Assembly: GCA_032718475.1 (NCBI GenBank)
Contig: JAUCBJ010008916.1
Coordinates: 1 to 64,000, forward strand
Reading direction: 5' to 3'
Length of the DNA stretch: 64,000 nt
Source: Nemertoderma westbladi
Taxonomy: Eukaryota > Animalia > Xenacoelomorpha
Of this stretch, positions 24,901 through 38,223 are shown in pieces (position 1 is the stretch's first letter; every line of letters starts with the position of its first letter). The translations under genes and the position numbers were made by a program. The notes below the pieces were generated by a model. That model ran no database searches. It saw nothing but the letters and a program-made list of their open reading frames with translations, and was not told where the DNA came from.

Positions 24901-27900
24901 CAGTGTGTTATACAGACGACGGCGAAAGCCAGACTTCTCAAGGAGAGGATAGCGGGAAAGACACTGAAAGATCTTATTATGTCAATAAAACGCCTAAAGA
25001 ACAGGTAAGTAAATTCAAGTCTCGAACCAATGACAGGAGAGAACAGGTAAGAAAAACTCCTCCTACGTCTCCCAAGAGAATTCAGGTGAGAAAGCCCGAA
25101 GAAAGAACGAGTGTGCACAATGTTATTCAAAATAAGGTAAGTAACATCAAATCGAAATGTGCGCTATGTGACGGGACCCACCGTTTGAATATGTGTGATG
25201 AATTCCTGAAGAAATCATTAACGGAGAGACGGGAAGTCATGTGGGATAAGCGGTTGTGTTATAATTGCCTCAGACAAGGACACCAACGGCGAACCTGTTA
25301 CTCCGACACAAGGTGTGCAAACTGTGGTGCGAAACATCATATCTTGTTGCACACTGAATTTGAGCGAAACAGCCAGAGTCAGGTAAGTGATTCCGAACTA
25401 CATGTCCAATTCAGTGATGTGAACGACACTGACCAAAGTTCTGAGATGGAAGGATTCTATACAGATGAATTCTCCGACGAAGATGAATCCTGTTACATGA
25501 TAAATACCGCAGTGTATCGAGCACTTACGTATGAAAAAGACACAGACAGCGACCTTACCCTAACTACTTCTGATCGACAACCATCTTGGAAACCGCCACC
25601 TTCCAATGTAGGAATCCGAGAATTTCCTGTAGTACAGGTAAGGGTCCACGACCTAAAAGGAGTTATGTAGTGAACGCCCTCCTTGACTCCGGTAGTACAG
25701 GAACATTCATCGACAAAGAACTAGCCGAAGACATCTTTGCTGGACAACCCAAGTTCCGAACTAAGCTAAACATGTCAGGAATTATGCAGGTTTGGAAATC
25801 TACAGTAATAGCGGATTATTATGTAGGTGCGTTGTCCACCCCCCAGGATGAACTAGGAGAACATAGTATAAGGTCAGTAAAAATGGTGGCGATAAAGAAC
25901 TTTGCTACCACCCAAGTGGAACCTTATAATTGAGATGAGGACGATTTCACCCAGCAGCTTGAAATACCTAGATTCAACACCGATTACCCTGGAGTGCAAA
26001 TACTCATCGGTCAAAATGCGCATGAAGCGCCCGAGACATTGGAGAAACGGCCTGCTCAACCGCAACCACTACAAGCTTATGCGGGAAGAACTAGAGTGGG
26101 TTGGTACTTTACGGGCCCTTCCCGTAGAACTCTCATGGAAAGATTACCGAAAGACCAGGTATATCAAGTAAGAGAATGGGAAGTCGAGGGCAGTGAGTTA
26201 GACGATCCAACTGAGGGAACACCATACTCCTCAGATAATGACGATGTCCACCAACTTTTCGACGAAGAGAATACCATTGATCTCCTTAAGGAAAACGAGA
26301 CTTGGCAAAACCAAGTGAACTTATGTCAGCTCCTTCTTCCATCAGAGCGAGACGACTATAACGACAAACTTAATGACGTCATTGAACGTTATAATGCCAA
26401 GACTCGGGATGAACACGCCGTACGATTCTTTACTCAAGAGGCTGTAGAGCCCAATTCATACGATAAGGCCCTATCAGTAGAAGAAGAAAGAGCCAAGCAG
26501 ATCCAAGAGACAACTACACGTTTTCTTAAAGATCAAGGTAGATATGAGATCGGTTTACCTTTCCGAAAGCGAGAACCAAAGTTCGTAAACAACAGACCCT
26601 TGGCGGAGAAAAGAATTGCTCAACTACATCGACGCCTTACGGCAAATTCTTCAGCTAAAGAAATGTATCAAACGCAGTTGAAGAAATTTATTAGCAAGGG
26701 ATATGCGGAGCTAGTACCGGAAGAAACACCTATAACTGAGAGAACGTATTATTTAACTCACCATTACGTTCCCAAACCCGGTAAACCCCATGAGGTACGA
26801 GTGGTGTTTGACGGCTCCGCCCTCTATATGGGCCAATCCCTTAATTCCGAATTGTTACCCGGACCCAACTTACTCCAATCCTTGTTGGGAATACTCCTAA
26901 GATTAAGACAATATTCAATTGCTTTCGCCTCAGATATAGAAGGCATGTTCTTACAAGTCAAGGCGCTGGATAGGGATTGAGATAGCCTACGATTTCTGTG
27001 GTGGCCTGAAGGAGACCTCAACCAGAAACCGGTGGAGTACTGGATGACCATCCAGGCATTTGGGATAATCTCAAGCCCTTCAAACGCCTGTTCAGTGGTG
27101 CGCACCACTGCGGATGACAACCGAGAAGCCTTCTCTAAAGAGGTGATTGACAACATCAAGCGGGATATATACATGGACGATAATCTAAAGTCCCTTCCAT
27201 CAGTCGAAGAAGCCATTGACGTCGCTAAAGGAACGGTAGAGTGCTTAAAAAGAGGTGGATTTCGATTAACTAAATTCACCAGCAACTCCCGTGAGTTTCT
27301 GGAGTCGATCCCGGTAGAAGATCGAGGAGCGAAAGACCTAGATCTAATAAAAGATGATCTCCCAGAAACTAAGACCCTTGGTTTGAAATGGGACACAGAA
27401 AGAGATATCCTGTTTTTCCAACTAAAACAGCGAGATAATCCAGTTCGGACTAAACGGATTTGTTTAAGTATCCTGAGCACTTATTTCGATCCATTGGGAT
27501 TTATTAGCCCAGTTATATTGATTGCTGGGAGTTTAGTACAACAAATGTGGCTTGAAAACCACTCATGGGACGATCCACTTAAGGGAGAATTATTAAAGAA
27601 GTGGATGAAATGGGAAGATTCTCTACCAGCCATCGAGAACTTTATAATTTCCCATTCATATTTTGGTCATGTTCTCCCTACGTATTCCTATCAACTCCAC
27701 GTGTTTGGAGACGCCAGCGATATGGGAATAGGTATAGTAGCCTACCTAAGGGTGGAAACTCCGGACGGAATCAAAGTCGCCTTGGTTACCTCCAAGGCAT
27801 TGATAAACATTAAGTTGAAAGTTCCTCGAGCAGAGTTAAAGGCGGCTCTATACGCTACAGCCATCGGCCGGAATGTAACAGAACAGATCGACTATCCACT

Positions 27901-30043
27901 GGAGAAAACTGTCTATTGGACCGACGCTTTACTCGTGTTGGAGTATATAACCAATGAAGTCTGTCAGTTCAGCGTCTTCGTTACCAACAGAGTAGCCATT
28001 ATACTCAGTCGCACAACGATGGATCAATGGAGACATTGCCCCGGAACGATTAATCCAGCAGACATCGCCTCCAGGGGAGCAACTCCACAAGAACTGGTAG
28101 ATACTCCAGACTGGTTAGGTGGACCCGACTTCCTCTACAAAGAAGAAGAAGAATGGCCTCCTCATCTTACTACCACAGAGATTAGACAGGCCAAGGGAGC
28201 GGAGAAAGTCAAACCTAAAACTCGGGCGAGTAAATCGAAGTTATTCAAACCCATGGTAGATCTGTCTGTACTACATACTTCCGGAGACGACGCTTTGGAT
28301 CAGAAACCCACAGCCACAAATAAGCTTGTTGTGGAAATCCGTGAGAAGGATTGGAAATCTGGAGTACCAGACGTCTCGCAAGGACTCTCACCTCTTCTGC
28401 AGAGAGCGATACATCACTACAGTTCCTGGAATCGGCTCTGTAAGGCCGTTACATATTTAAAGAGATGTTTTCACCATCACTACTCCGGGATGAAGACCAA
28501 AAGTGATACCGCTCCAATAACATCGGTGCAAGTCCATGTTATTAAAGATCTTCCCAAATATAAGATATCCGACAGGTTTCTGAAGGAGAAGATCAGTTAT
28601 CAGGAGCATGAAGAAACCAACAAGCAGATGCTGAGACTCCTGCAATGCTATGAGGATTCCGATAAGTATTTCCTGTTGTTAAGGCGCTTAAGGGATCGTT
28701 TCTCTAGCACAATGATAGATGGGTTGATACGTGTTGGAGGAAGATTAACGAATGCTCCATTATCCTTTGACACTAAGTTTCCCATACTCATTAGAAATCT
28801 TGAGATACAAGTCAAGATGATTGTAGATGTTCACAGCAAACTTTATCATGCTGGTAGAGAACGAGTTCTTAGCGAAATTCGAACTCGCTATTATTTTTAT
28901 AAACCCCGTAGAGCTCTGAACCAAGTTCTTAGGAACTGCATACCCTGTAGGAAAGCATTCAGTAGGCCTTTAACACAGCGAGAGGCAGAATTACCTAGGG
29001 AACGAGTAAGCTTCTATGAACCACCCTTTACTAATACCGGTGTAGATTTATTTGGCCCTATTGAAGTATATCGTGCTAGGACTATAGTCAAGAGATGGTG
29101 TGTCATCTTTGTTTGTATGACTTGTAGAGCTATCCATCTCGATATGGTGAACGATTTATCTACCAACAGCTTCCTATTAAGCTTACGACGACAGATCGCT
29201 TGCTTTGGAACTAGTAACACGATGAGATCTGATAAGGGAACAAACTTCATTGGTGCCAACAATGAAATCAAAGCTTACGTCAAAGATTGGAACCAAAGAC
29301 AGGTGGACGATCAGCTACGAGTAACAGCGTCTAGCTGGACCTTCAACGCCGCCGACGCCCCTTGGTGAGGAGAAAGTTGGGAGAGATTAATAAGAAGTGT
29401 GAAGACCGCATTTCACTTTATAGTGCCATGCCGCGCGTATCTCACCGACGAACTTTTGCGGACGTTAATGGAGGAAATCGCCGCCTATCTCAACGAGAGA
29501 CCGCTTATGCCAGTCTCATCGAGTCCCGATTCCCTGGAAGCGCTAACACCCGCGCACTTCCTACTGAAGAAACCTGTAGCCATGCTCCCACAATCGGAAA
29601 TCACAGACGGAGACGAATACTGCCGGCAAACTTGGCAACTCATGCAGTTGTTATCCCGTCGTTTCGCTGACCATTTCGAAAAACATTATCTGCCCACGCT
29701 ACAACTTCGAACTAAGTGGTTTGCGCAGCAAGAAAACGTCAGCGCTGGAGACATGGTCCTTATTGTGGATTCAGATCTTCCACGTAAGCGGTGGCAGACA
29801 GGTCGTATCATCGAGACTCACATCTCGGATGACGCTTTGGTGCGATCGGTAGAACTCGTCGTCATGCGACGTAACTTCAAGAAACCGGGAATTGTCTTCG
29901 AGACACAGCAGCTCAATCGCCCAGTTGGTCGTTTATGTTTACTGGAAAGTGACAGAGAACTCTCCGGAAACTATGGAAGGCAAGATACTCTTCCCACGAC
30001 CACCTCCCTAATCCAACAAACATCTAGGGACTCCCCAACTTAA
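21978..30043 (+). pseudogene. Bel/Pao gag-pol polyprotein, disrupted
   Basis: Gag core (KFNGD...WLPF), three Cys/His knuckles (CALCDGTH...C, CYNCLRQGH...C, CANCGAKHH), protease LLDSGS, RT (RVVFDG, DIEGMFLQV, YMDD), RNase H (FGDAS, YWTD, NPADIASRG), integrase (H..H/C..C, GVDLFGP, SDKGTNF) and Pao C-terminus (YLPTLQLRTKW). Premature stops near 22410, 23400, 24552, 25931, 26978 and 29366; frameshifts near 25655 and 25950. Confidence 0.93.
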
Positions 30044-31682
30044 CAACGGCTGGAGTGGGTGTGTGACTATATTTGTATTTGTTTTTATTCTTTTATATTT
30101 ATGTATGTATTATTATGTAATTTTATTATAATCGTTTTCGTTAATTTTATTTAGTAGAATGTTATTTTAGCGATTATTTAGTAGATTAGTGCAATATATT
30201 AGCGTTTATTACTTAATTACTTATATATTATAGATTTAGTGCGACGGCGAGAAATAATTCTTTTCTCTTTCCTTACTGTCCGTATTACATTATAAATACG
30301 TGACTACCGTAAGATGAAATGTCCGTACTTATTAAAGTACAATAAAGCTCCTACTATATTCAAGTATTATCGGTAAGTAGAGTATTAGGAATGCAAAGTT
30401 CAGATCCTCGTGTCTTGGCTAAACCAAGCTCTGGGTAGACCTTGGAAACGACTTGCCTCTTCTCACTGACATTGCTTCGTGCGATATTGCTCTCATACCG
30501 TATATTAAATAATACATATAGTAGCGTGATGTCCCTTTAACAGTAGCGTAAAACGCAAAATAAATCTGTTAAACCCTTTGACCATCTGCAATTCTAGTCG
30601 ATTAAGATATCGCGGCACCCACCGATATACTTGAAAGACAAAATTCTAGAATCAGTGGTTAACGTCCCCAGACTTGTTCTGGAATAAACCGGTGCCCATC
30701 CTAAATATTAACTATTAATATTTATAAAATCTGTCAAATTTCAGATCCTTTAACATTCTAGTCGATTAAGATATCGTAGCACTTACCGATACTCTTAAAA
30801 AGACAAAATTCTAGAATCAAGGATCCCAGTCCCCAGACTTGTTCTGGAATAAAATTGTGTCTATTTTAATATTAAATAATAGAATTGCGGGAATAAATTT
30901 AAATTCATCTTTTAATGAATTTGATAAATTGTTATTTTATACAATTTATAATATTCCCAAAATTCCATTAATTAATAGATCATGGGAGCGGAGATTCACC
31001 TATTAAGTGTATTAGTGTGCGAGAATCTCCAATATAGAGTCAATAGCCGATAAAATTCATAAAATCATGTATAAAGATGATATTGACCATTAAAGACTCA
31101 CTATTAAATAGCCTCCCAGATCTGTATGCATGGGAATTACCCTAATTCTACCGCTAGCTTTCCATAATGTCACCATAGCAACAACCACGCTAGAATTAGA
31201 AGCGAGTTAACAGAACAATAAAAAGCTTGCTCATTGAATATCATACAGAATAAATAGCACACCGCTAGTATCCAAGGATACATAATAACAACGTGACATT
31301 CTGGAAGGCACTTGACTAACGGACAAATGACCCGAATGTGTGATAGAATGTGTACCATTTGTGACAGTTACGTGGAATTTGTGCGTTTGTAGGTGAATGT
31401 TACTACTAAGGTGTGTTTACAGTAGCGAGTCGCAATTGTGAAAGTAGCCCTAACTCTCCAGTAAGAACCTGAAGTATATCTAAGCCTTTGGGACGGACGG
31501 TGGAGTGACTCGTGCTGGTTGTTGTAGTCGTTGTGCAGCTACGACGTTGGCGATAGGCACATCGGCGAAAGTACACCAGCGCTGAGGATCTCGCACTGTC
31601 CGGGGGCAGAGAGGGGTAGGCAGCGACGCCCGCTCGCCTAAATATAAACTCATTATAATATGGATAAACTTATATAGCAGAT

Positions 31683-33259
31683 ATGATTGAGTTGATAGAA
31701 GATGATCTTGGTATCAGGGAGCGATATACTCTACCTTTACAAGCGTTTGTTGATAGCTTGATACGCGGCGACGCTAGTCCAACTACTACGGAGGACGATG
31801 GTCGTTATATCGAACCGCCAATGTCCCAGGAGCAACTTACGCGTGAATTGGACTATAGAAAATTCACCGCTCGCTGTGCGCGTCGTAAATGGTACGTATA
31901 TGGACTTCTTAACTACTGGTCATCCTATCGACCTACACGATACGAACGATATAGACACCAAAAGGGAAATGGTTTTATTTAAATATCATACCCAGCGGAA
32001 GCGGAACGATAAACTGAGACTCGAACACGAAAATTCTATTCGAAACCGACTCGAAAGTGAGGATGTTGAAGAGCCGGATAAACGCAGCGACTTCACCAAA
32101 ATATCTGGAATTCCTGGGAGAAACATATCTCGATATTACCAGTCAACAGAATCTAGGAACTCGATATCCTCAAGGTATATATCATGACCGCATGGTAGAA
32201 CTCAAACGGCTCTATTCCACTATGATGTATCTTACCGCCGATCGACCGCTACCTGTTGTACCGGATAGCTTCGAACAGATGGAGGAATATTGTAAGCTGG
32301 AGAAAGATCACTCGCGTTCCCCCTACAAGACGTGCGTCTTTGGTATTATTGCGATGAATGCCCTAGACCCAACCAACAAACAGAAAGACCTAAACATCCG
32401 CGGAGACGTTGCACTAAACACGGTTTTACTCGCTATACTTGCGGGAGTTTCGAGCGAAATTTGTTTGACGTATCACCTACGCTCGTTCGACTCAGACGAT
32501 CCTTAAATAAACCAATGATCAGAGTTTCGGAATACTCGATCAGACCTCCTCATTCCCTAGTGAGACCTCAGACTCTTGATCCTATTAGTATGACGGATCC
32601 TCCCGAGCTGTACTCACTGTTCAAAGATCTAGTGTTACCTGAACAATTAGTCGGTGGCACCCCGGTTGTGGGCTTCCTAGATATTAGCCCATCCTCCCTA
32701 ACCGGATTGGGACGCGGACATTTAATATCGCCGTTTAACCCTTACCATCGTCCCGGCTTAACACGATATAACCTGTCACCAAAGTGGCGGAGAGCGTTGT
32801 ACCAAATGAGTTAGACACTATTCTACAAAGATCAGAAAAGGAACTTACGCTTGTTCAGATAAACGTAAATTGCACTAGCAAGTCCAAGCGGTAAACAAAG
32901 TAACTTTATCTCAGTTCGATCGGGAAATCCAGAATCTCTAAGAAGTTATCGAACTTGGACGACCCTATTCTCTGCGAGAGTTTTTGGATGAACGTATCCA
33001 GCTACGAGCAGAGGAAAATCAGCTCGAGGAGAAGCATATCGAAACAGCGGATACCCCGACCATAATCCTACACCTTCTGATGCAATCATATTGCACCCTT
33101 CACCCAGGAGTTATGGCCCTCCTAGTAAAGTGGCTCCCCCCAAAGAGAAAAGGATTCTTGCTAGCTTTAAAAAACTGCGTAAACGCCGTCCACGCAAGAC
33201 AGACTAACTGTTTAGAGTATTTTTATATTTTAGAAACTGTGATTTTTTATATTTTATAG
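31683..33259 (+). pseudogene. Decayed accessory ORF downstream of pol in element 1; function unknown
   Basis: Overlapping frameshifted ORFs 31683-32814 and 32984-33259 read as one protein-like sequence and are homologous to 43944-45330 in element 2. Confidence 0.6.
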
Positions 33260-33285
33260 AATTAAATCCCATTTTCTGGGAGCGG

Positions 33286-34453
33286 TGTAAAAGCTTTTGT
33301 GGGATATAACTGGCCCTTTTGCTTCGCAATCCAGTTTCCCTCAATGCGCTCAAATACTCTAAAGAAAAACTCCCTAACTCAAATGATGCAAGCTACTGGC
33401 TGATTGGCTGATTTGCTGTACGTATGGCCTCTTTGTTCTGTTCGATCAACCAACCAGAGCAAGGTCAACCAAGCAGAGTGATTCATCCTGTGTGTTGGCT
33501 AAGGGCTGCAAAAACCCGAATAGTTCGGCATTTAGACATTCGTGGAATCTGTGGAATATGGAGCTCTGCCAATGAGAGCTTTTCCTCTTTGTGTTGAAAG
33601 CTACCTGCAACAGCTCACAGGGTTCAGTGTGTTGGTTTTTCCAGAGCCTAAGAACATCGGCCATGGAATTATTCTGAATTATTCCAACATTAGAACGACT
33701 TTAATTATAAGAACACATAACTGTTACCGCAGTGGACCGGCACGGTACGGTACGGTACGGTACGGTACGGTACCTACTGCTGTATTGCACATTATTTACT
33801 GCTATTTACTGTTTGTTATTAATTGTATCAGTTGTTTACATATTGTTATTTGGAGAATAACGATAAACGATCAGAAACCCCGATCTTCTTGATACACTAA
33901 GGTTAGAGAGACCGGTTACATATAGCAATTGCGACTTATATTATCGTGCTTGTAGTGAATTGAATGGATATGTCGGTTGCTATTCTCTTTATATATGATT
34001 AAAATCAGTGACTATCGGCAATTCAGTGTGCAGCGGTGTGCAATAGTCTGTATGTGCTTGTCCGCGTAACAAAGCATCTCCTAAAGAATGCGCCTTATGT
34101 GTAACTTATAATCCATTCCGTTGTGTTTAGTGTAAGCCATAGCTCTGTTTATATAGATAGAGCGCCACGTCCTAAAGGAACTGCTAATATTTCCCGAAAG
34201 TGAATGATATTTGTCAGGAATTATATTAACGATCAATCGAATAGTACGGTAGGCCTGCACCGCAATCAAATTAAAGCATCCGAATCCAGTCTCCCGGGTA
34301 TATCCAGCGGGTGAATGGTCGCGCATAGACTGGCTTCGGTTAATGTTGGATTTATTTGTGTCAAATACTTGTCATAGGCTAAAGTCGATTTATAACCTAG
34401 AAGACATATAGATTTGGCGGGTTAAACTGCCAAAGGTCTTAAAAGCGCGAACA
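33286..34453 (+). repeat. Element 1 3' LTR (1168 bp, TGT...ACA)
   Basis: Preceded by short PPT GGGAGCGG; TGTAAAAGCTTTT start shared with the element 2 LTRs. Confidence 0.92.
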
Positions 34454-34627
34454 TATACTGTATGAGCGTCGTATACGTATATGTCTACTATTTAGTGTTT
34501 ATACTTTATTATTTTACTGTATAAGTACGTTGTTGTTGTGTACTGTTTATTCATTTATATTATAATCTATGTGCTTTGTATATGTGTTCTGTATAAATCT
34601 TTATTCTTTATTATTTTACTGTATATG
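34454..34627. repeat. AT-rich ~104-bp repeat remnant between the two LTR elements
   Basis: Same motifs as 46560-46910 (TTTAGTGTTTATACTTTATTATT, GTTGTTGTGTACTG, ATGTGCTTTGTATATGTG). Confidence 0.75.
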
Positions 34628-37086
34628 TGTAAAAGCTTTTACTGAATTGTCCGGTTATTTTTCCTTATTTTTCCCGTAAAGTACTCTGTAGTTGGTTTAC
34701 CAGGCATAAAAAGGCCGTGTCCTTGCTGTACTGGTGTTTTAGCGGACATAAGAGCTATTTCTTCTGTATTTGTACTTTAGAGGACATAATCCGTAATTCC
34801 ATGACGTAAAAGCTCGATACTCTTGAACAGTGTCGCTACCATGACGACAGCTAGCAGCTGATATTGCCACGTCGACGTTTCTTTGTTTCTCTGTTCTCTT
34901 GTTGTTCAGGTTGACCAATCAGAGCGTTTGTTGTCTTTGTGTTGGAGGTATATACAGAAACTCAGTAGTTCAGTGTTATGTTTTGGCCCAGAGCCTAAGA
35001 ACCGGCTTTGGCACCTCCGTGTTTCAGTTTTTAGTCTTACACTAGTAGGTTTAATTATAAAGGGCATATATCCTTTAACTCATGGAATCACTGCTGACTG
35101 ATCATACATGCTGACTGCTGAAACATTGCAAACTCATAACAATCAGTGTTTTCATTGTTGTTTTATACTGCTATTCACCGTCAGTTCTTCATAATATGGT
35201 TGATGAATAATTATATTTGGAATAACGATAAATAACCCCGAAACCCAATATTCTTGATATACCGAAGGTAAGAGAGAAGGGTTACAGATAAACGATTGTG
35301 ACTTATGTTAAAGTGGTTTGAAGTGAATCTAATGTTATTTGATAGACCCTACATGAGTCAGTCTGTGTTCCTTTTATATGTGACTAAAATCAGTGAAGAT
35401 CGGCAGATTAGTGTGCAGTATTGTGCAGCATTGTGTATGAGTGAGTCTGTTAAAGAAGCATTCCTAAAGAATGCGCCATATATGTGAATTATAATTAAGC
35501 CATATCGTTGTGAGTAGTTTAAGTCATAACTCTGTTTATGTAGATAAAGCGCCACGTCCTAAAGGAACTGTTAATATTCCCGAAGGTAAATAATATTGTC
35601 AGAGATTATATAATACTGTCAGTCGAATAATACATTAGGCTTACATAGCAATAAAATTAAACCGTCGAACCCAATCTCCCGGGAATATCCAGCGGGTGAA
35701 TGATCGCGCACAGATTGGTTTCGACTAGTGTAGTGAATCAAATACTTGTCATAGACTAAAAACCGATTTAATATCTAGAAGACATCTTAATTTGGTGGGT
35801 TAAACTGCCAAAGGTCTGAAAGCACGAACATTAAAGGATATTGCTTCTTTGTTGCAGTAAGCAATAAAGTTGAAAGTACCGGTCAACCGGTAAACCTGAA
35901 CCGGTACACTCTGTAGGTCAGTAGGCCTAACTGTTCTAACCGGTACTTCAGTATAAGTACACTAGTATTATTCGATTTGATTATTGCATACCGGTAGGCT
36001 GTTTAAGGGATTAGGGATTGATCACCCCTTATACCTTTATATGGTTTACTTATTTCTGTCAAGTTTTATTTATTTGTAGGCCAGTATTGAACAGAAGGCG
36101 TGTAAGCCTGATCAGATTGTACAGACGATTTGTAGGCTGAGCTGTTGTCTGATTGCTGTTAAGTCCGAACGAATTGCAGTGTGTGTAGATCACCTGTCCG
36201 ATTAAGTACGATTAGGCAGTAGGGGCAGCGAACGCTGTAAGGTAATCCCCCAACTAAAGAATAAGTCGCACTACTGGGTTAGAGCGCATACTCCCTAATC
36301 ATTTCGGAGTCTGCATGTCCTGTGGTTTATTTAGGCTTGAGAGTGGTCTGCCATCGTTTAGTCTGTACTTTGTTTGTGTAAGTCTGTACGGGTAGCGTAT
36401 AATTTTATTTAGATAATTTGTAGGCTGGATAGTTGTCTGGCTGTTATTAGGTCTGAACGGATTGCCGCGTGTGTAGATCATCTGTCCGATTAAGTACGAT
36501 TAGGCAGTAGGGGCAGCGAACGCTGTAAGGTAATCCCCCAACTAAAGAATAAGTTGCACTACTGGGTTAGAGCGCATACTCCCTAATCATTTCGGAGTCT
36601 GCATATACCGTAGTTTGTTTAGGCTTGATAGTAGTCTGTCAGTGTTCGGTCTGTATTTTGTTTGAGTAGTTTGTACGCGTAGCGTAATATTTATTATTCA
36701 GAGTTTATGCGATTATCCGCAACATTCATTCCCCAAGTTTGTTCCTACAGTAATTGTGTTTGTTATACATACCGCTATAGTTAAATTAACCCCGGTACTA
36801 CACGGGCTGCTCGGCGTAGGTAAAGACTGGTGATTTTGTGCATCGGTCACTCCAGCAGATGCCGTGGTTCTTTTAGCTGTTCAAGTATATTTAACTACTG
36901 ATTATTTGTTGTACAAGTACTCGTACTTAATTTAGGGTTTAGTGTACAGTGCTTTCCGAAAGTAATTAGTGTAGGCATTATATTTGTGTTGTAAAGTGGT
37001 TGATAGGCACATTCGATTAGCTCTATTAACTTCTAGGTAGGAACACTCCGTGATACATAACGTAGAACCTATAGCGATACGGCTAT

Positions 37087-38223
37087 CAGTAAGGGAAAAT
37101 ACCCCGAATCGGGGTATAGAAGCAAACCCCCATTCGGGGTTTTGTGATACCCCGATTCGGGGTTCTCCCATAGACATTTTTTCTCCTTCATTTCCGCATA
37201 TGAAGATTTTAATTCCGCAATTTCGTTTTAACATATTCGAATACACATTGGTGTGTAGTACAAATAAGAAAACTTTGGAGTAATAATGAAATCTTCCGGC
37301 TTCGATATTGTACCGGAAAATCTAATGTAAATTGTACCCCGAATCAGGGTATCCAGGACTCCCTGTACCCCGAATGGGGGCTTGTGATATATTCATACAG
37401 CCTGCAGAAGCACCGATTCGGGGTCAGTATTTTCTAGTACACCGATTCAGGAATTCAATTTTCTCGAAAATACACCGAATCGGCTCTTTTTTTCCACTCT
37501 GACACCGATTCGGTGTATATTTTCTAGTCTTTTTTTATATTTTTTAATGGATTTTCGTGATCTAATTCATGCAAAACCCGACTTGGCGAATTAATATCCC
37601 GCCTCAATGTTAAATTATCAATTTAGGGAAAGGAGCTGGTTACAGTGGCACGTTATTTTAACCAAAACAATAAACTAAGCACAATAGAATAGGTTACAAC
37701 AGTCTTATTTTTGAGAGTAGTCCGCGGTTATTTGCGTCGAATTTACCTTGGAGAGGGATTAATTTTTATTGCGTCCAGATCCCCCCCCCTATCATATCCA
37801 TATTTATAAATCAGTTGATAGACAAATAACACTGCAATAATAATAATGTAAATGTACAATATAGTAATATACGGTCTGACAGTACCTCCCGTACTTCAGT
37901 AGTAGGCCCTATCTATCAATATAGTTACTACATTTATATTATGACTGTATGAAACAGTATTGTACTGCACAAAATGTAATTTTCGCACTATGAATTCCAG
38001 TCTGGCGTGAGTGAAACATCATTTTTCTGGAGGGGCGTAAATAAATCCTATACCCCGATTCGGGGTATACCTAATTTTTCCGCTGCCTGAGGATTTTCTA
38101 GTAGAGCACCGATTCGGGGTATAGCTTTCTACTGAAAATCTCGAATCGGTGTCACTATTTTCCACTATGACACCGATTCGGTGTATAGAGCTGTACCCCG
38201 ATTCGGGGTATTTTCCCTTACTG
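37087..38223. mobile_element. Non-autonomous TIR DNA transposon nested in element 2, 5-bp TSD GCTAT
   Basis: TIR CAGTAAGGGAAAATACCCCGAATCGGGGTA with its exact inverse at the right end; many subterminal CCGAWTCGG palindromes. The empty site GATACGGCTATAAG is visible in element 1 near 20925. Confidence 0.92.

Larger units (their letters stand above)
18060..34453 (+). mobile_element. Bel/Pao LTR retrotransposon, element 1 (full domain set, decayed; left end uncertain)
   Basis: Direct repeats 18699-19608 and 33562-34453 ending GCGCGAACA. The 3' LTR starts TGTAAAAGC at 33286 after GGGAGCGG. Gag-PR-RT-RH-IN ORF lies between. No matching TSD found. Confidence 0.9.

Noticed and set aside
21978-30043. 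Stop-codon reassignment or programmed readthrough in gag-pol
   Set aside because: The stops are of all three types, accompany frameshifts, and match sense codons in element 2 (TAA vs TAT, TGA vs TGG); ordinary decay.
31683-33259. env gene
   Set aside because: No clear signal peptide, Cys-rich ectodomain or C-terminal membrane anchor in the readable fragments.
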